A DNA stretch of 64,000 bases from positions 704,001-768,000 of the forward strand of contig CAVSHB010000001.1 in the NCBI GenBank assembly GCA_963727775.1, given 5' to 3'. This stretch comes from an uncultured Nitrospiraceae bacterium (GTDB taxonomy: Bacteria > Nitrospirota > Thermodesulfovibrionia > Thermodesulfovibrionales > SM23-35). This document shows, one piece after another, positions 10,459-24,504 of this stretch. Made by a program: the position numbers and the translations under genes. The stretch's first letter is position 1, and the number at the start of each line of letters is the position of its first letter. The notes beneath the pieces are model-generated. The model saw only the letters and a list, made by a program, of their open reading frames with translations. It was not told where the DNA came from and searched no databases.

Positions 10459-11718
10459 TTGAAAATGCGCGACATGCTTGGCAGAGAGGAACTCATTACT
10501 GTAGAAAAGGCTCTTGAGCTTCTCTGCCGATACTCACCCTTCAAAAGGCCCCCCGAGATCAGCCTGCCCATCGATAAAACATATGGGATGATTATATCGA
10601 GAGATATAATTTCACCTGAAGACCTGCCTCCGTTTGACAGGTCTTCAGTTGACGGATTTGCGGTGAACTCTGCGGACACATTCGGCGCCACAGAGGGCTT
10701 ACCGGCTTACCTCCCCGTCAGGGCTGAAATATTAATGGGAGATATGCCTGACTTTGTTCTGAGAAAAGGTGAAGTCGCCAAGATAGCGACGGGAGGGATG
10801 CTCCCGGAAGGAGCTGATTCGGTCGTAATGTTTGAACATACCCAACGGATAGATGAGACGATGATAGAGGTGTTAAAGCCTGTTTCACCGGGCGAAAATG
10901 TCATTCAAACGGGCGAAGATGCAAGCAAGAACGAGTGCGTATTGCAATGCGGACACAGATTGAGGCCGCAGGATATCGGTGCACTTGCCGGACTCGGGAT
11001 ACCCGGGATATGGGTTTACGAAAAACCGAGGGTTTCAATAATTTCTACAGGAGATGAAATAGTTTCCGCTGATGAGCCTTTAAAGCCGGGCCAGGTAAGG
11101 GACATCAATTCGTATACGCTGGCAGGTCTCATTTCAAATGCCGGTGGGGTACCCTTGAAAAAAGGGATTTTTAGTGACAGGTACGAGATCATCAAAGATG
11201 TTGCCGAGCGTTCCCTGCAAGATTCGGAAATGGTTTTGATTACAGGCGGGAGTTCAGTAGGCGCCAAAGATATGACGGCAAAAGTAATAAACGATTTGGG
11301 AAGCCCGGGTGTCTTGTTTCACGGCGTATCATTAAAACCCGGCAAACCTATGATAGGGGGCATTGCAGGTTCTGTCCCCGTATTTGGTCTTCCGGGACAT
11401 CCGGCTGCAGTCAATGTATGCTTTGAAATTTTTGTCCGGCCTGTTCTGAATATTCAGTCCGGCTCAAATGAACAAAGGTCCGATAATGGGAAAAGGATTA
11501 TTAAAGCAAGGATTACAAAAAATATTTCCTCAAGTCCCGGAAGGGAAGAACATATAGGTGTTGCCCTTGAAGAAAGAAACGGAGAAATATGGGCCATCCC
11601 TTTGTTGGGCAAATCGGGTCTTATTACAACATTGACAAGGGCAGACGGAACTGCAGTGATCCCATTGCAGAAACTCGGCATACAGGAAGGGGAAATTGTA
11701 GAAGTCAGACTGTTTTAG
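10459..11718 (+). CDS. moeA: Molybdopterin molybdenumtransferase
   Basis: PPFDRSSVDGFA, IATGG, STGDE, GGSSVG, KPGKP, GLPGHP. Confidence 0.95.
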   Translation: MKMRDMLGREELITVEKALELLCRYSPFKRPPEISLPIDKTYGMIISRDIISPEDLPPFDRSSVDGFAVNSADTFGATEGLPAYLPVRAEILMGDMPDFVLRKGEVAKIATGGMLPEGADSVVMFEHTQRIDETMIEVLKPVSPGENVIQTGEDASKNECVLQCGHRLRPQDIGALAGLGIPGIWVYEKPRVSIISTGDEIVSADEPLKPGQVRDINSYTLAGLISNAGGVPLKKGIFSDRYEIIKDVAERSLQDSEMVLITGGSSVGAKDMTAKVINDLGSPGVLFHGVSLKPGKPMIGGIAGSVPVFGLPGHPAAVNVCFEIFVRPVLNIQSGSNEQRSDNGKRIIKARITKNISSSPGREEHIGVALEERNGEIWAIPLLGKSGLITTLTRADGTAVIPLQKLGIQEGEIVEVRLF

Positions 11719-12728
11719 TCAGGCGCTACCACGACCTTCAATGAATCTTTTGCCCCTGTAACCAACTTAAAGCCAAGCTTAATATCTGACAACGGAACCT
11801 TATGCGTCACCATTTTTTTTACATTAATTATCCCTCTGTCGATCAGTTTTACGGCCTTCCGAAGATCATCAGTAGCAGCGCCGTATGAAAAGGTTACAGT
11901 TATTTCATCCCTCCAGAATCTCGTAGACGGGATACTTATATCAAACTCAGGCGCCGCAAAAAAAAGGATTTTTCCTTTTCTTCCAACCGAGGATATTGCA
12001 TTATCTACAGCCTTTCTTGCTGCCGCGCAGACGATTACTACATCAGCTAATCTATTATCATTTATGCTTTGCAGTTCATCCGCTGAGTATTTATTTGCAT
12101 CGATCGTATGATCTGCGCCGAACTCCATGGCTTTGCTCAGTCTGTACCCATTGATATCTGTTGCGATGACCTTGGCCTTTTTTGTCTTTGCCAGTTGGAC
12201 ATGCAAAAGCCCTGAAACACCGGAGCCGATTATCAGGACCGTTTGTCCTTCATTTAGTCCCAACTGGTCCTGCCCCGCAACCGCACATGCCAAAGGCTCG
12301 ATCATGGTGCCGTCTTCGAAAGACAATCCGGCAGGAAGAAGAAATGTCCCGTATCTGACATTCTCCTCAGGGACCCTTATGAATTCCGCAAACCCCCCTG
12401 GGTCATAGTTCCCGGTATGGAGAGATTCGCACGCGGTATAATTGCGACGAATGCAGTGATAACATTTGTAGCATGGAACATGATGGGAAACGAAGACCCT
12501 GTCCCCTTTCTTGAATCTTTTGATTTTCTTGCCGACCTCTGTAATTTCTCCTGCCATTTCATGCCCGAGAATACGCGGGGCTTTCTTAATCCTATACCAT
12601 TCCATGACATCTGTCCCGCAGATTCCGCAGGCTTTCATCTTAACGAGGATCTCTCCGTCGGATATGGAGGGAACAGAACGTTCTTCAATCCTTATGTCAT
12701 CGTTCCTGTAATAAACAGCCACTTTCAT
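11715..12728 (-). CDS. Zinc-dependent medium-chain dehydrogenase (sorbitol/threonine dehydrogenase-like)
   Basis: CGICGTD, GHE, CYKCYHC...C structural Zn site, GSGVSG. Confidence 0.9.
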   Translation of the reverse strand: MKVAVYYRNDDIRIEERSVPSISDGEILVKMKACGICGTDVMEWYRIKKAPRILGHEMAGEITEVGKKIKRFKKGDRVFVSHHVPCYKCYHCIRRNYTACESLHTGNYDPGGFAEFIRVPEENVRYGTFLLPAGLSFEDGTMIEPLACAVAGQDQLGLNEGQTVLIIGSGVSGLLHVQLAKTKKAKVIATDINGYRLSKAMEFGADHTIDANKYSADELQSINDNRLADVVIVCAAARKAVDNAISSVGRKGKILFFAAPEFDISIPSTRFWRDEITVTFSYGAATDDLRKAVKLIDRGIINVKKMVTHKVPLSDIKLGFKLVTGAKDSLKVVVAPD

Positions 12729-12751
12729 AGTGTCCCTTTAACCTTTAGATG

Positions 12752-12879
12752 GGGAGGTAATGGTATTCGAGCGGATTCTTTTGTCGATAGTCGTATTAAA
12801 TAATCCGGTTAGTAAAGAGGCAAAAGCCTCGGAGGCCGCCTGAGGCGGACGAGAATGAGCGACAATACTATTACCTCCC
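12752..12879 (+). repeat. Structured intergenic element, copy A
   Basis: 16-bp closing stem with internal GAGCGG, CCTCGGAG and CGAGAATGAGCG, shared with copies at 28672 and 28845. Confidence 0.85.
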
Positions 12880-12912
12880 TGAGTTCTATATAATGATTCT
12901 ATCAAGACAATT

Positions 12913-13686
12913 CTATTTCTTTGTATATATCTCAAACGCTTCGTCGACTGAAGCGCCTTTATGGACGATTGCTCTTATTGCTTTTATCATGCCAACAGGG
13001 TTATCGCTCTGGAAAATATTTCTACCCATGTCAACGCCTGAGGCGCCTTCTTTTATGGCATTGAACGTCATCTGCAATGCTTCCTTTTCGGGTATCTTTT
13101 TGCCTCCGGCCATAACAATTGGTACGGGACATCCCTCTGCTATTTTGTGAAAATCCTCGCAATAATATGTCTTTACAAAGTGTGCTCCGATTTCCGCCGC
13201 TATCCTGCATGCCAACGCGAGATAGCGGGCATCTCTACCCATCTCTTTACCAACTGCCGTCACAGCCAGCACAGGCATGCCGTATCTCTCTGCTTCGCTT
13301 ACCAACCTGCCGAGATTTGATATTGTTCTGTCTTCATTCTTTGCTCCAACAAAAATGGACATCCCTACACCGGAAGCATTAAGTCTTATCGCTTCTTCCA
13401 TGGATGTTGTGATATCCTCATTCGACAATTCTCCAAGTATGCTCGGCCCGCCGGAAACCCTGAGACATATTGCAACGTTACTCCGTGGGTCAATAGCGTT
13501 CCTTACCATACCTCTTGTTATGAATAAACAATCTGCATAAGATACCAGAGGGGTGACCGTTTTTTTTAAGTCCTTTAACCCGGTCGTAGGTCCCTGAAAG
13601 TAGCCATGATCAACCGCGAGCATAACGGTCTTTCCCGTTCTCGGATTAATGATATTTGAAAGTCTGTTTTTGATTCCGAAATCCAT
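12913..13686 (-). CDS. lsrF: LsrF-like class I aldolase/thiolase (DeoC/FbaB family)
   Basis: MLAVDHGYFQGPT, VKTYY, AGGKK, GVDMGRNIFQS; start set at MDFGIKN, 9 nt after AAGGAG. Confidence 0.88.
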   Translation of the reverse strand: MDFGIKNRLSNIINPRTGKTVMLAVDHGYFQGPTTGLKDLKKTVTPLVSYADCLFITRGMVRNAIDPRSNVAICLRVSGGPSILGELSNEDITTSMEEAIRLNASGVGMSIFVGAKNEDRTISNLGRLVSEAERYGMPVLAVTAVGKEMGRDARYLALACRIAAEIGAHFVKTYYCEDFHKIAEGCPVPIVMAGGKKIPEKEALQMTFNAIKEGASGVDMGRNIFQSDNPVGMIKAIRAIVHKGASVDEAFEIYTKK

Positions 13687-13784
13687 AGATAAGTTCTCCT
13701 TGTTCATTTTTTGAAAGTATATAAAAAGATCTGTTATACTGTCAAAAGCTTTAAGTAAATTTATTTAATTTTTTTCTGAAGCTA

Positions 13785-13843
13785 TTGACAAAGTTTCGAG
13801 CATCAGTTATTATAATCTCTCTTACGTTATTGCTCTTTGAAAA
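13785..13843 (+). promoter_or_regulatory. sigma70 rRNA promoter and boxA
   Basis: TTGACA-N17-TATTAT followed by TGCTCTTTGAAAA. Confidence 0.75.
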
Positions 13844-13886
13844 ATCTAAAAAAGTGCGTAGCATACCCTGATTCAGTTTTAAGCTT

Positions 13887-15422
<1,536 letters not shown>

Positions 15423-15476
15423 ATTACGTTAGAGGGTAGCGCTACGCACTTTTTTAGCTTTTAGCAGAGAAAGCAG

Positions 15477-15553
15477 GGGCCTATAGCTCAGCTGGCTAGA
15501 GCGCACCCCTGATAAGGGTGAGGTCATTGGTTCGACTCCAATTAGGCCCACCA
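15477..15553 (+). tRNA. tRNA-Ile (GAT)
   Basis: GGGCCTATAGCTCAG...CTGATAA...AGGCCCACCA in the rRNA spacer. Confidence 0.97.
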
Positions 15554-15576
15554 TCCAATGCAGATTTTTTTTGCGA

Positions 15577-15652
15577 GGGGGTGTAGCTCAGTTGGGAGAG
15601 CGCCTGCTTTGCAAGCAGGAGGTCATCGGTTCGATCCCGTTCACCTCCACCA
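15577..15652 (+). tRNA. tRNA-Ala (TGC)
   Basis: GGGGGTGTAGCTCAG...TTTGCAA...CTCCACCA in the rRNA spacer. Confidence 0.97.
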
Positions 15653-15761
15653 AGGAAGTTCCGAGTTCAATGTTCAATAATCGAAGTTGATAATGGACGT
15701 TAACACGCGGACGTTGAAGTGGAAGTTTTTAGTTCTTTGACAACAGAAGGGAATAAGTAAG

Positions 15762-18790
<3,029 letters not shown>

Positions 18791-18871
18791 TTATTTAATT
18801 TCCCTCCTGTTGTCAAAGAGATGTTGAAATGATTGCTCTTTAAATGGTAAAATGTAAAATCGGAAATTAAA

Positions 18872-18992
18872 GTTTCCGGTGGCAATGCCGAGGGGGAAAC
18901 ACCCGTTCCCATACCGAACACGGAAGTTAAGCCCCTCAGGGCCGATGATACTATGATTGCTAAGGTTATGGGAAAGTAGGTCGCTGCCGGAT
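18872..18992 (+). rRNA. rrf: 5S rRNA
   Basis: CACCCGTTCCCATACCGAACACGGAAGTTAAG, GGGAAAGTAGG. Confidence 0.97.
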
Positions 18993-18998
18993 TAAGAT

Positions 18999-19032
18999 AA
19001 AAAAAGGCCTGATAATAGTCAGGCCTTTTTTT
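18999..19032. terminator. Bidirectional intrinsic terminator after 5S
   Basis: AAAAAAAGGCCTGA-loop-TCAGGCCTTTTTTT. Confidence 0.9.
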
Positions 19033-19053
19033 ATTTTCCATTTTCGATCTTCA

Positions 19054-19284
19054 TCAGATCATGCTGCTCTCGTCGTAAAGGGGAGATGACTTTGAGTAAT
19101 AAGGGACCTTTTCTCCGGACGTAATATATTGATAGACTCCTGCCGCCACAGAGCCCGCGACAATACCTGCTGTTGCGCCTAAAAGGATGCCTTTTGACGG
19201 ATTTTTCCGGCCAACGAGCATGCCGAGTGCCGTACCTGCAGCAGCGGCTATCCCGAGCCATATCAAATAATCAGATTTCTTCAT
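19054..19284 (-). CDS. Small membrane protein with two Gly/Ala-rich helices
   Basis: 76-aa ORF with glycine-zipper-like hydrophobic segments. Confidence 0.7.
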   Translation of the reverse strand: MKKSDYLIWLGIAAAAGTALGMLVGRKNPSKGILLGATAGIVAGSVAAGVYQYITSGEKVPYYSKSSPLYDESSMI

Positions 19285-19416
19285 AGTATAATAATCTTAA
19301 TAGCATTTTATAATACCACGAACTGCCGCGTTCAGCGGAATAGTTTTATATCAGAATAATCACCTGAAAAACGATAAAATGCTGTGGTAGTACGGAATGT
19401 AATGCAGTATAATTAT

Positions 19417-20040
19417 ATGAACATGGAACATTCTCTAATAATTCAGGACTTGAAAATCCGGTATCTTCAGAAGGGTACGGGCATTCCTGTAGTATTGCTG
19501 CATGGGTTTAGTTTTTCTGCCGAGACATGGAGTGAGATAGGACTGTTCGATCTATTGTCAGCCGACCACAGCGTTTATTCATTTGATATGCCTTACGGAA
19601 GTAAGAGCAGGTCGGACAAGTTCGACGCTGAAAACAGGGATGACTACGCGGATTTTTTAAACACTATGTTGAAGACGCTTAATATAAACAGCCCAATTCT
19701 AATAGGCGCGTCTATAAGCGGAGAGGTCACGTTAAGATATTTAATGCGTGGTTATAGCGCCCGATCCGCTATCGTTATCGGACCGGCCGGGATAAAAAGT
19801 CTTGATGATCGGTTCAGTAGTATTGCCGTACCTATGCTTGCTGTTTGGGGAGATAAAGATACCATATCGCCGCCCGCTAATTCGGAAATCCTGAAAGCCC
19901 ATGTGAAGAACTCTGAAGTACGCATCATTGAGGGAGCCGGTCATGCATGTTACCTGGATGCACCAAAGAAGTTTATAGAAATTGTCAAAGATTTTCTTCA
20001 CATTCGCCGTCATTCCCGCGCAGGCGGGAATCCAATTTAA
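19417..20040 (+). CDS. Alpha/beta hydrolase (ABHD14-like)
   Basis: VLLHG, GASISG nucleophile elbow, WGDKD, GAGHACY. Confidence 0.9.
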   Translation: MNMEHSLIIQDLKIRYLQKGTGIPVVLLHGFSFSAETWSEIGLFDLLSADHSVYSFDMPYGSKSRSDKFDAENRDDYADFLNTMLKTLNINSPILIGASISGEVTLRYLMRGYSARSAIVIGPAGIKSLDDRFSSIAVPMLAVWGDKDTISPPANSEILKAHVKNSEVRIIEGAGHACYLDAPKKFIEIVKDFLHIRRHSRAGGNPI

Positions 20041-20079
20041 CCCAGAATGGATGCCCGACTGAGGAACTCGGGCATGACG
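20008..20079. repeat. REP/RPE-like composite palindrome overlapping the hydrolase 3' end
   Basis: CGTCATTCCCGCGCAGGCGGGAATCCA ... TGGATGCCCGACTGAGGAACTCGGGCATGACG. Confidence 0.8.
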
Positions 20080-20125
20080 ATAAAGGAAAGAATCTGTGAA
20101 TACTATTATGAGACAGTAAAATATC

Positions 20126-20665
20126 TTACACTTTGAGGATGAAACTGTCTCTATGATGAAAATCGGGTTGTGGACCGGGATGGGTCAACGCCCAATAACT
20201 TATCTCGCCGTTTTTAAATTTGATGACGGCACTGACGGCAACCTTTAATGAATGATCTGCTGGGAGGATACTGCCCAAATCTATATTCAAAGATAAACGT
20301 AAAATTTCCGGATGTATCCCGATTCTGAGCGGGAGTGATGTGAATGCCGGCTCTTCCTGCATGCCTTGTCGATAGGATTTGAAGCTATAGGCGTTCCAAT
20401 GCCCACTTGGCGAGAGGTTGAATTCCCAGTATTTAGTGCGATCTTCCACAGCGAGAAAAAACTCGAAACATGTATCTTCCCAGAGTGCTTTCTTTCGAAC
20501 CGGGATATCCGCCTGCGCGGGAATTGCGATCTCCGACAACAGGCCGAGGAGTTCATAGCTGACGGCAAGCGTGCTGGAACTCCGTTCTATCTCACCTGTA
20601 ATTTTCGTAACCGGCAGAGGGCCGGCTGATGGGAACGGCTTAAGGGAAAAACTTTGTCCGTTCAT
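20126..20665 (-). CDS. DOMON-like domain protein
   Basis: LWEDTCFEFF, YWEFNLSPSGHW, YWALTH, PDFH. Confidence 0.85.
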   Translation of the reverse strand: MNGQSFSLKPFPSAGPLPVTKITGEIERSSSTLAVSYELLGLLSEIAIPAQADIPVRKKALWEDTCFEFFLAVEDRTKYWEFNLSPSGHWNAYSFKSYRQGMQEEPAFTSLPLRIGIHPEILRLSLNIDLGSILPADHSLKVAVSAVIKFKNGEISYWALTHPGPQPDFHHRDSFILKV

Positions 20666-21759
20666 CTGGTCTCCCGGATGATTTTGTGGATGGCACTTTC
20701 CTGGGATTCGATACTCTCGGTGAGTTTGAACTGTACCAAAGCCCTGGCAAGATTTTGTTCCGGGTGCCTGATTTTAAAGTAGACATTACCTTCCATGTAA
20801 TCCGTAAAAAATCTTACCCCAAGCTCAAAAGCTATCAAGCGGATCGAGTCGTATAAATAATAAAAATCATTTTCGGTGAGGAAGTTTATGGCTGTTGAGA
20901 GATAGCTTTGCAGGATGGCCTTGCAAAGATCTGTGTCGAAATAGATTTTCTCGAATAGTTCCGTTTCTTCTCCATTGGGATTACAGCCTGAGCGGAGGCA
21001 GTCGCCGATATCATAATGGACCAGGCCGGGCTTGACTGTGTCGAGGTCAATAATGCTGACGGCCTGCCCGGTAGCTGTGTCTATTAGGATGTTGTTGACC
21101 TTCGGATCACCGTGAATCGGGCGAAGACACAGCTTGCCGTACGTTTTTGCATCCTCAAGGATATGAGCCCAGGCGTTTCGTGCCTCCACAAACTTTATGC
21201 AATAATTGACTTCCGGCGATTTGGCCGCAGCGAATTTCGCCAGGACCGAGTCGTAGCGAAGCAGGTAAAAAGGCGTAATGTGAAATCCTTTTAGTGTATC
21301 GGACAGGCTCGTGGCAGGCAGATCGCTGAGGAGTGTATGAAATATACCGAGCGCGTAACCCACTTCTTTTGCATGTGAAATATCTTTGATCGTGTCAAAA
21401 GTCTGCGAGCCTTCAATAAAGCTGATAGCGCGCCAGAAAGATCCTCCGGAGTCAAGCCAGTGGTCCCGGCCATCCTGAGTCAAAAGCACGTCCGGTATTT
21501 CCCAGCGGCGGTCTGCGCCGAGTGGGCATTTCTGTAGATGCCGACGAATATGCTCAATGCAAACGCGCATATTGAGCATGACAAGTCCCGGCTCATGAAA
21601 GACCTGTGTATTGATGCGCTGGAGGATAAAGTCTTTCTGCTCACTGTCGTCCAATGTTACCAGGAAGGTATTATTGATATTTCCGTTCCCGAATTCCCGG
21701 ATATCAATAATCAGGCCCTGTTGTTTGAATTGTTCTGCAACATCAAAAAGATTGTCCAA
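20662..21759 (-). CDS. APH-family phosphotransferase (N-acetylhexosamine kinase-like)
   Basis: GNGNINNTF, LQRIN, HGDPKVNN, IDLDTV, RFFTDY. Confidence 0.9.
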   Translation of the reverse strand: MDNLFDVAEQFKQQGLIIDIREFGNGNINNTFLVTLDDSEQKDFILQRINTQVFHEPGLVMLNMRVCIEHIRRHLQKCPLGADRRWEIPDVLLTQDGRDHWLDSGGSFWRAISFIEGSQTFDTIKDISHAKEVGYALGIFHTLLSDLPATSLSDTLKGFHITPFYLLRYDSVLAKFAAAKSPEVNYCIKFVEARNAWAHILEDAKTYGKLCLRPIHGDPKVNNILIDTATGQAVSIIDLDTVKPGLVHYDIGDCLRSGCNPNGEETELFEKIYFDTDLCKAILQSYLSTAINFLTENDFYYLYDSIRLIAFELGVRFFTDYMEGNVYFKIRHPEQNLARALVQFKLTESIESQESAIHKIIRETR

Positions 21760-21904
21760 TAGATATCTCCCTCTTAATAAGTATAAACAAATTATACGAA
21801 TCGGAGCAGCCCTGTGATGGTTAGTGTGATGGTTAGATACTTGAGTTGCCGGGTTTTAGATTCTCTTGTTATACTTAAATATATCCGACTACAAACAAAT
21901 TATT

Positions 21905-22711
21905 ATGGACGAGAAAGAAAAAAAAGAAATTAAAAAGCTTGTGATAAAGACGTATGCGGCAGTCGCATCGTCAAAACAATCTTCGTGCATCCCTGTTTCG
22001 AGTTGCTGCGCTCCGGAAAATGATGCGGTAAGCCTTCTTGATGCAGGGAAGCGTCTCGGATACACTGACGAAGAGCTAAAAATAGGACTCGGCGAGGCAA
22101 ACCTCGGCCTTGGGTGCGGAAATCCGCATGCGATTGCGGATATAAAAGAAGGCGAGACAGTCCTCGACCTGGGAAGCGGCGCAGGGTTTGACGCCTTTCT
22201 ATCTTCTATGAAAACCGGACCGAATGGTCACGTAATCGGAATAGACATGACCCGGGAAATGGTTGCAAAAGCAAAGACCAACGCAGAAAAACTCGGGGTG
22301 AAGAATGTAGAATTCAGATTTGGCGAGATAGAACATCTTCCCGTAGAAGATTCTTTTATCGACGTGGTCATATCCAACTGTGTTATCAATCTTTCGCCTG
22401 ATAAGCAGGCTGTTTTCAATGAAGCGTTCAGAGTGTTAAAACCCAGGGGCAGGATTGCAATCTCGGACATCCTGAAAAAAGCCGAGTTCTCAGAGGCCAT
22501 CAGGCAGAATGAAAATGCATACAGCGGCTGAATTACCGGCTCTGTTCCCGTGGAGGAACTGCAAACCATCCTCAATAAAGCCGGGTTTATTAATATCGTT
22601 ATTGAAAATAAAGATAATAGCGATGAGATAATCAAAAGCTGGAACTTCGGCGCCGGTGTAGAAAAGATGGTCTTTTCAGCATATATCAAAGCAACAAAAC
22701 CAGTCGGGTAG
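21905..22711 (+). CDS. arsM: Arsenite methyltransferase, probable selenoprotein (in-frame TGA at 22529-22531)
   Basis: N-terminal CC, GLGCGNP, VLDLGSGAGFD, ISNCVINL; the frame continues 59 aa past the TGA (YSG*ITG...SAYIKATKP), matching the usual ArsM C-terminus. Confidence 0.88.
22532..22565 (+). promoter_or_regulatory. Candidate bacterial SECIS hairpin
   Basis: GTTCC-CGTGGA-GGAAC stem-loop; the G-containing loop begins 17 nt after the UGA. Confidence 0.55.
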
Positions 22712-22823
22712 ATGTACCACCAATTGGCACGTCGAACTGTGTCCAAAAATAAATATACAATGAATACACTCATAGGTATGAGTGGCAAGAGGTTTGTTAC
22801 TAAACCGGTAGGCATGAAAATCT

Positions 22824-23861
22824 ATGAATAATACATCATCAGGAAAAGGCAAATTAATAGAAAGGCATATTAAACGTTTAAAGAAAATTCATCGGCGTCC
22901 TATATGCCTTGCAAATGGCGAGTGTGGCGGGGTAATTGGTAGATCACACACTATTTCCGAAGCAATGAGTCTCAAATCTATATCTGAGAATGATCATGTA
23001 TTGGTAAGGCAAATAAATCTTTTTGGAAAAACAGAGGATGAGCTTCTCGCTTTTAAAAATCTGAGCGTCCATGAGGCATTAGCGTTTCCCGGATTTTGTA
23101 ATCACCATGATACCACGCTGTTTAAATCTCTTGATCAATCACCATTTATAGCCACGCCTGAACAACTCTTTATGCAGGCGTATAGATGCGCGTGCAGAGA
23201 GTATTATTTCAAGGCATGTCAAATAGAAGCGTTTCCGGATGCTAATCAAATAGCAGAACTTCAGGGTCTCCGAAAAGAAGATAAATACAAGCTGTCGCCC
23301 GAGGCGGAGATTATCAAAATTGCTATGAATAGAGGTTTTGCCGATGTTGCTTATCATAAGGATAAGTTTGAAAGCCTCCTTAGCAATAATGACTTCAGGA
23401 GACTACAATCCTACATTATTTACGGGAAGTCGTCACCAGTTTTAGCTTGTGCAGGCTCTTTCGCTCCAGATTTCATTTCAAATGGCGAGTGTCTTCAAGA
23501 TTTTTCTGATTTCAAGATTAATCTGCAAAGTCTATTCGTATCGGTTATCCCCGACAAGACTGGCATATTTGTTCTATTGTCATTCTTTGACGATGACGCT
23601 TTTGCCCCTACGCGATTTATTAACGACCTCATTGTAGGAGGCAATCTTACACATAGAGTAATATGGATGTGCATGACACGAATTGAAAATTTGGCTGTTA
23701 GACCCTCATGGTGGAATGGGCTCTCAGCGTCAATACAGCAAAAGGTCACGGCAGCAGTCAACTACAATGCAGATCCATTCGATAGCAGACTCCCAACTTT
23801 TGACAGAATGCCTAACTTAGAAATTGCAGATTGGCAGGTCAGCCATCAATTCTGGACTTAA
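22824..23861 (+). CDS. Hypothetical protein with Cys/His motifs
   Basis: 345-aa ORF; CLANGEC...SHTIS...GFCNHHD. Confidence 0.7.
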   Translation: MNNTSSGKGKLIERHIKRLKKIHRRPICLANGECGGVIGRSHTISEAMSLKSISENDHVLVRQINLFGKTEDELLAFKNLSVHEALAFPGFCNHHDTTLFKSLDQSPFIATPEQLFMQAYRCACREYYFKACQIEAFPDANQIAELQGLRKEDKYKLSPEAEIIKIAMNRGFADVAYHKDKFESLLSNNDFRRLQSYIIYGKSSPVLACAGSFAPDFISNGECLQDFSDFKINLQSLFVSVIPDKTGIFVLLSFFDDDAFAPTRFINDLIVGGNLTHRVIWMCMTRIENLAVRPSWWNGLSASIQQKVTAAVNYNADPFDSRLPTFDRMPNLEIADWQVSHQFWT

Positions 23862-24034
23862 ATGCCTAACACTTATAAGAAGAGCAATCAAAGGGGTCAA
23901 TTTCATTGTGACAGATTCTTCTTGATTCACATTATGAGGCTCCTTAGATAGCCTCAAATCTGATACGATATCATCATGAATCTAACTCTTTGTGATATCA
24001 TAATTTTATTGAATATGCACTGTGAGGTGAAAAA

Positions 24035-24232
24035 ATGAAAACTAAATTAAAAATGATTTACTGGAAAGGTGACAAGTTTTGGTTGGGGAAACTCCTTGCA
24101 CATCCTGAAATAATGACACAAGGTGAGACACTGGAAGAACTTGAAGAAAACATGAAAGATGCATACATGCTTATGACGATGGAGGATGTTCCGGAAAAAC
24201 ATAAAGTTAAAGAGCTCACCCTCTCGTTTTGA
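24035..24232 (+). CDS. hicB: HicB-family antitoxin, short form without DNA-binding domain
   Basis: PEIMTQGETLEELEENMKDA. Confidence 0.88.
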   Translation: MKTKLKMIYWKGDKFWLGKLLAHPEIMTQGETLEELEENMKDAYMLMTMEDVPEKHKVKELTLSF

Positions 24233-24402
24233 AAAGAAAAGAATTGATAAAAAGAATCACATCTGCCGGCTGTCTTCTCATTAGGCACGGGCATTGTCAC
24301 GATCTTTACATAAACCACAAAACCGGTAAGAAGCAACCTGTCCCTCGCCATAATGAAATAGATGAAAACCTCGCAAGACATATAATAAAGGAATTGACAT
24401 AA
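24229..24402 (+). CDS. hicA: HicA-family toxin, 57 aa (not in the ORF track)
   Basis: TTG start overlapping the hicB stop; MKRKELIKRITSAGCLLIRHGHCHDLYINHKTGKKQPVPRHNEIDENLARHIIKELT. Confidence 0.88.
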   Translation: MKRKELIKRITSAGCLLIRHGHCHDLYINHKTGKKQPVPRHNEIDENLARHIIKELT

Positions 24403-24472
24403 TCGGGTAAGGGACGGTAATTAACCGTACCTTACCACACCATCCTGCATGCGGGTCCATACGGGGCGGTTC
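24402..24472 (-). mobile_element. Group II intron 3' remnant (domains V-VI, class IIC-like)
   Basis: Minus strand GAACCGCCCCGTATGGACCCGCATGCAGGATGGTGTGG...CCCTTACCCGAT. Confidence 0.75.
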
Positions 24473-24504
24473 GCAGAAAGCCGCGAGGCCGTTTAAATGG
24501 AGTC

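Noticed and set aside
13687..13745. Leaderless lsrF transcript starting at ATG 13707
   Set aside because: A second ATG at 13686 has a well-spaced AAGGAG RBS and is the more likely start
22529..22531. arsM as a nonsense pseudogene
   Set aside because: The stop is TGA at a Cys-equivalent site, with an intact downstream frame and a SECIS-like hairpin
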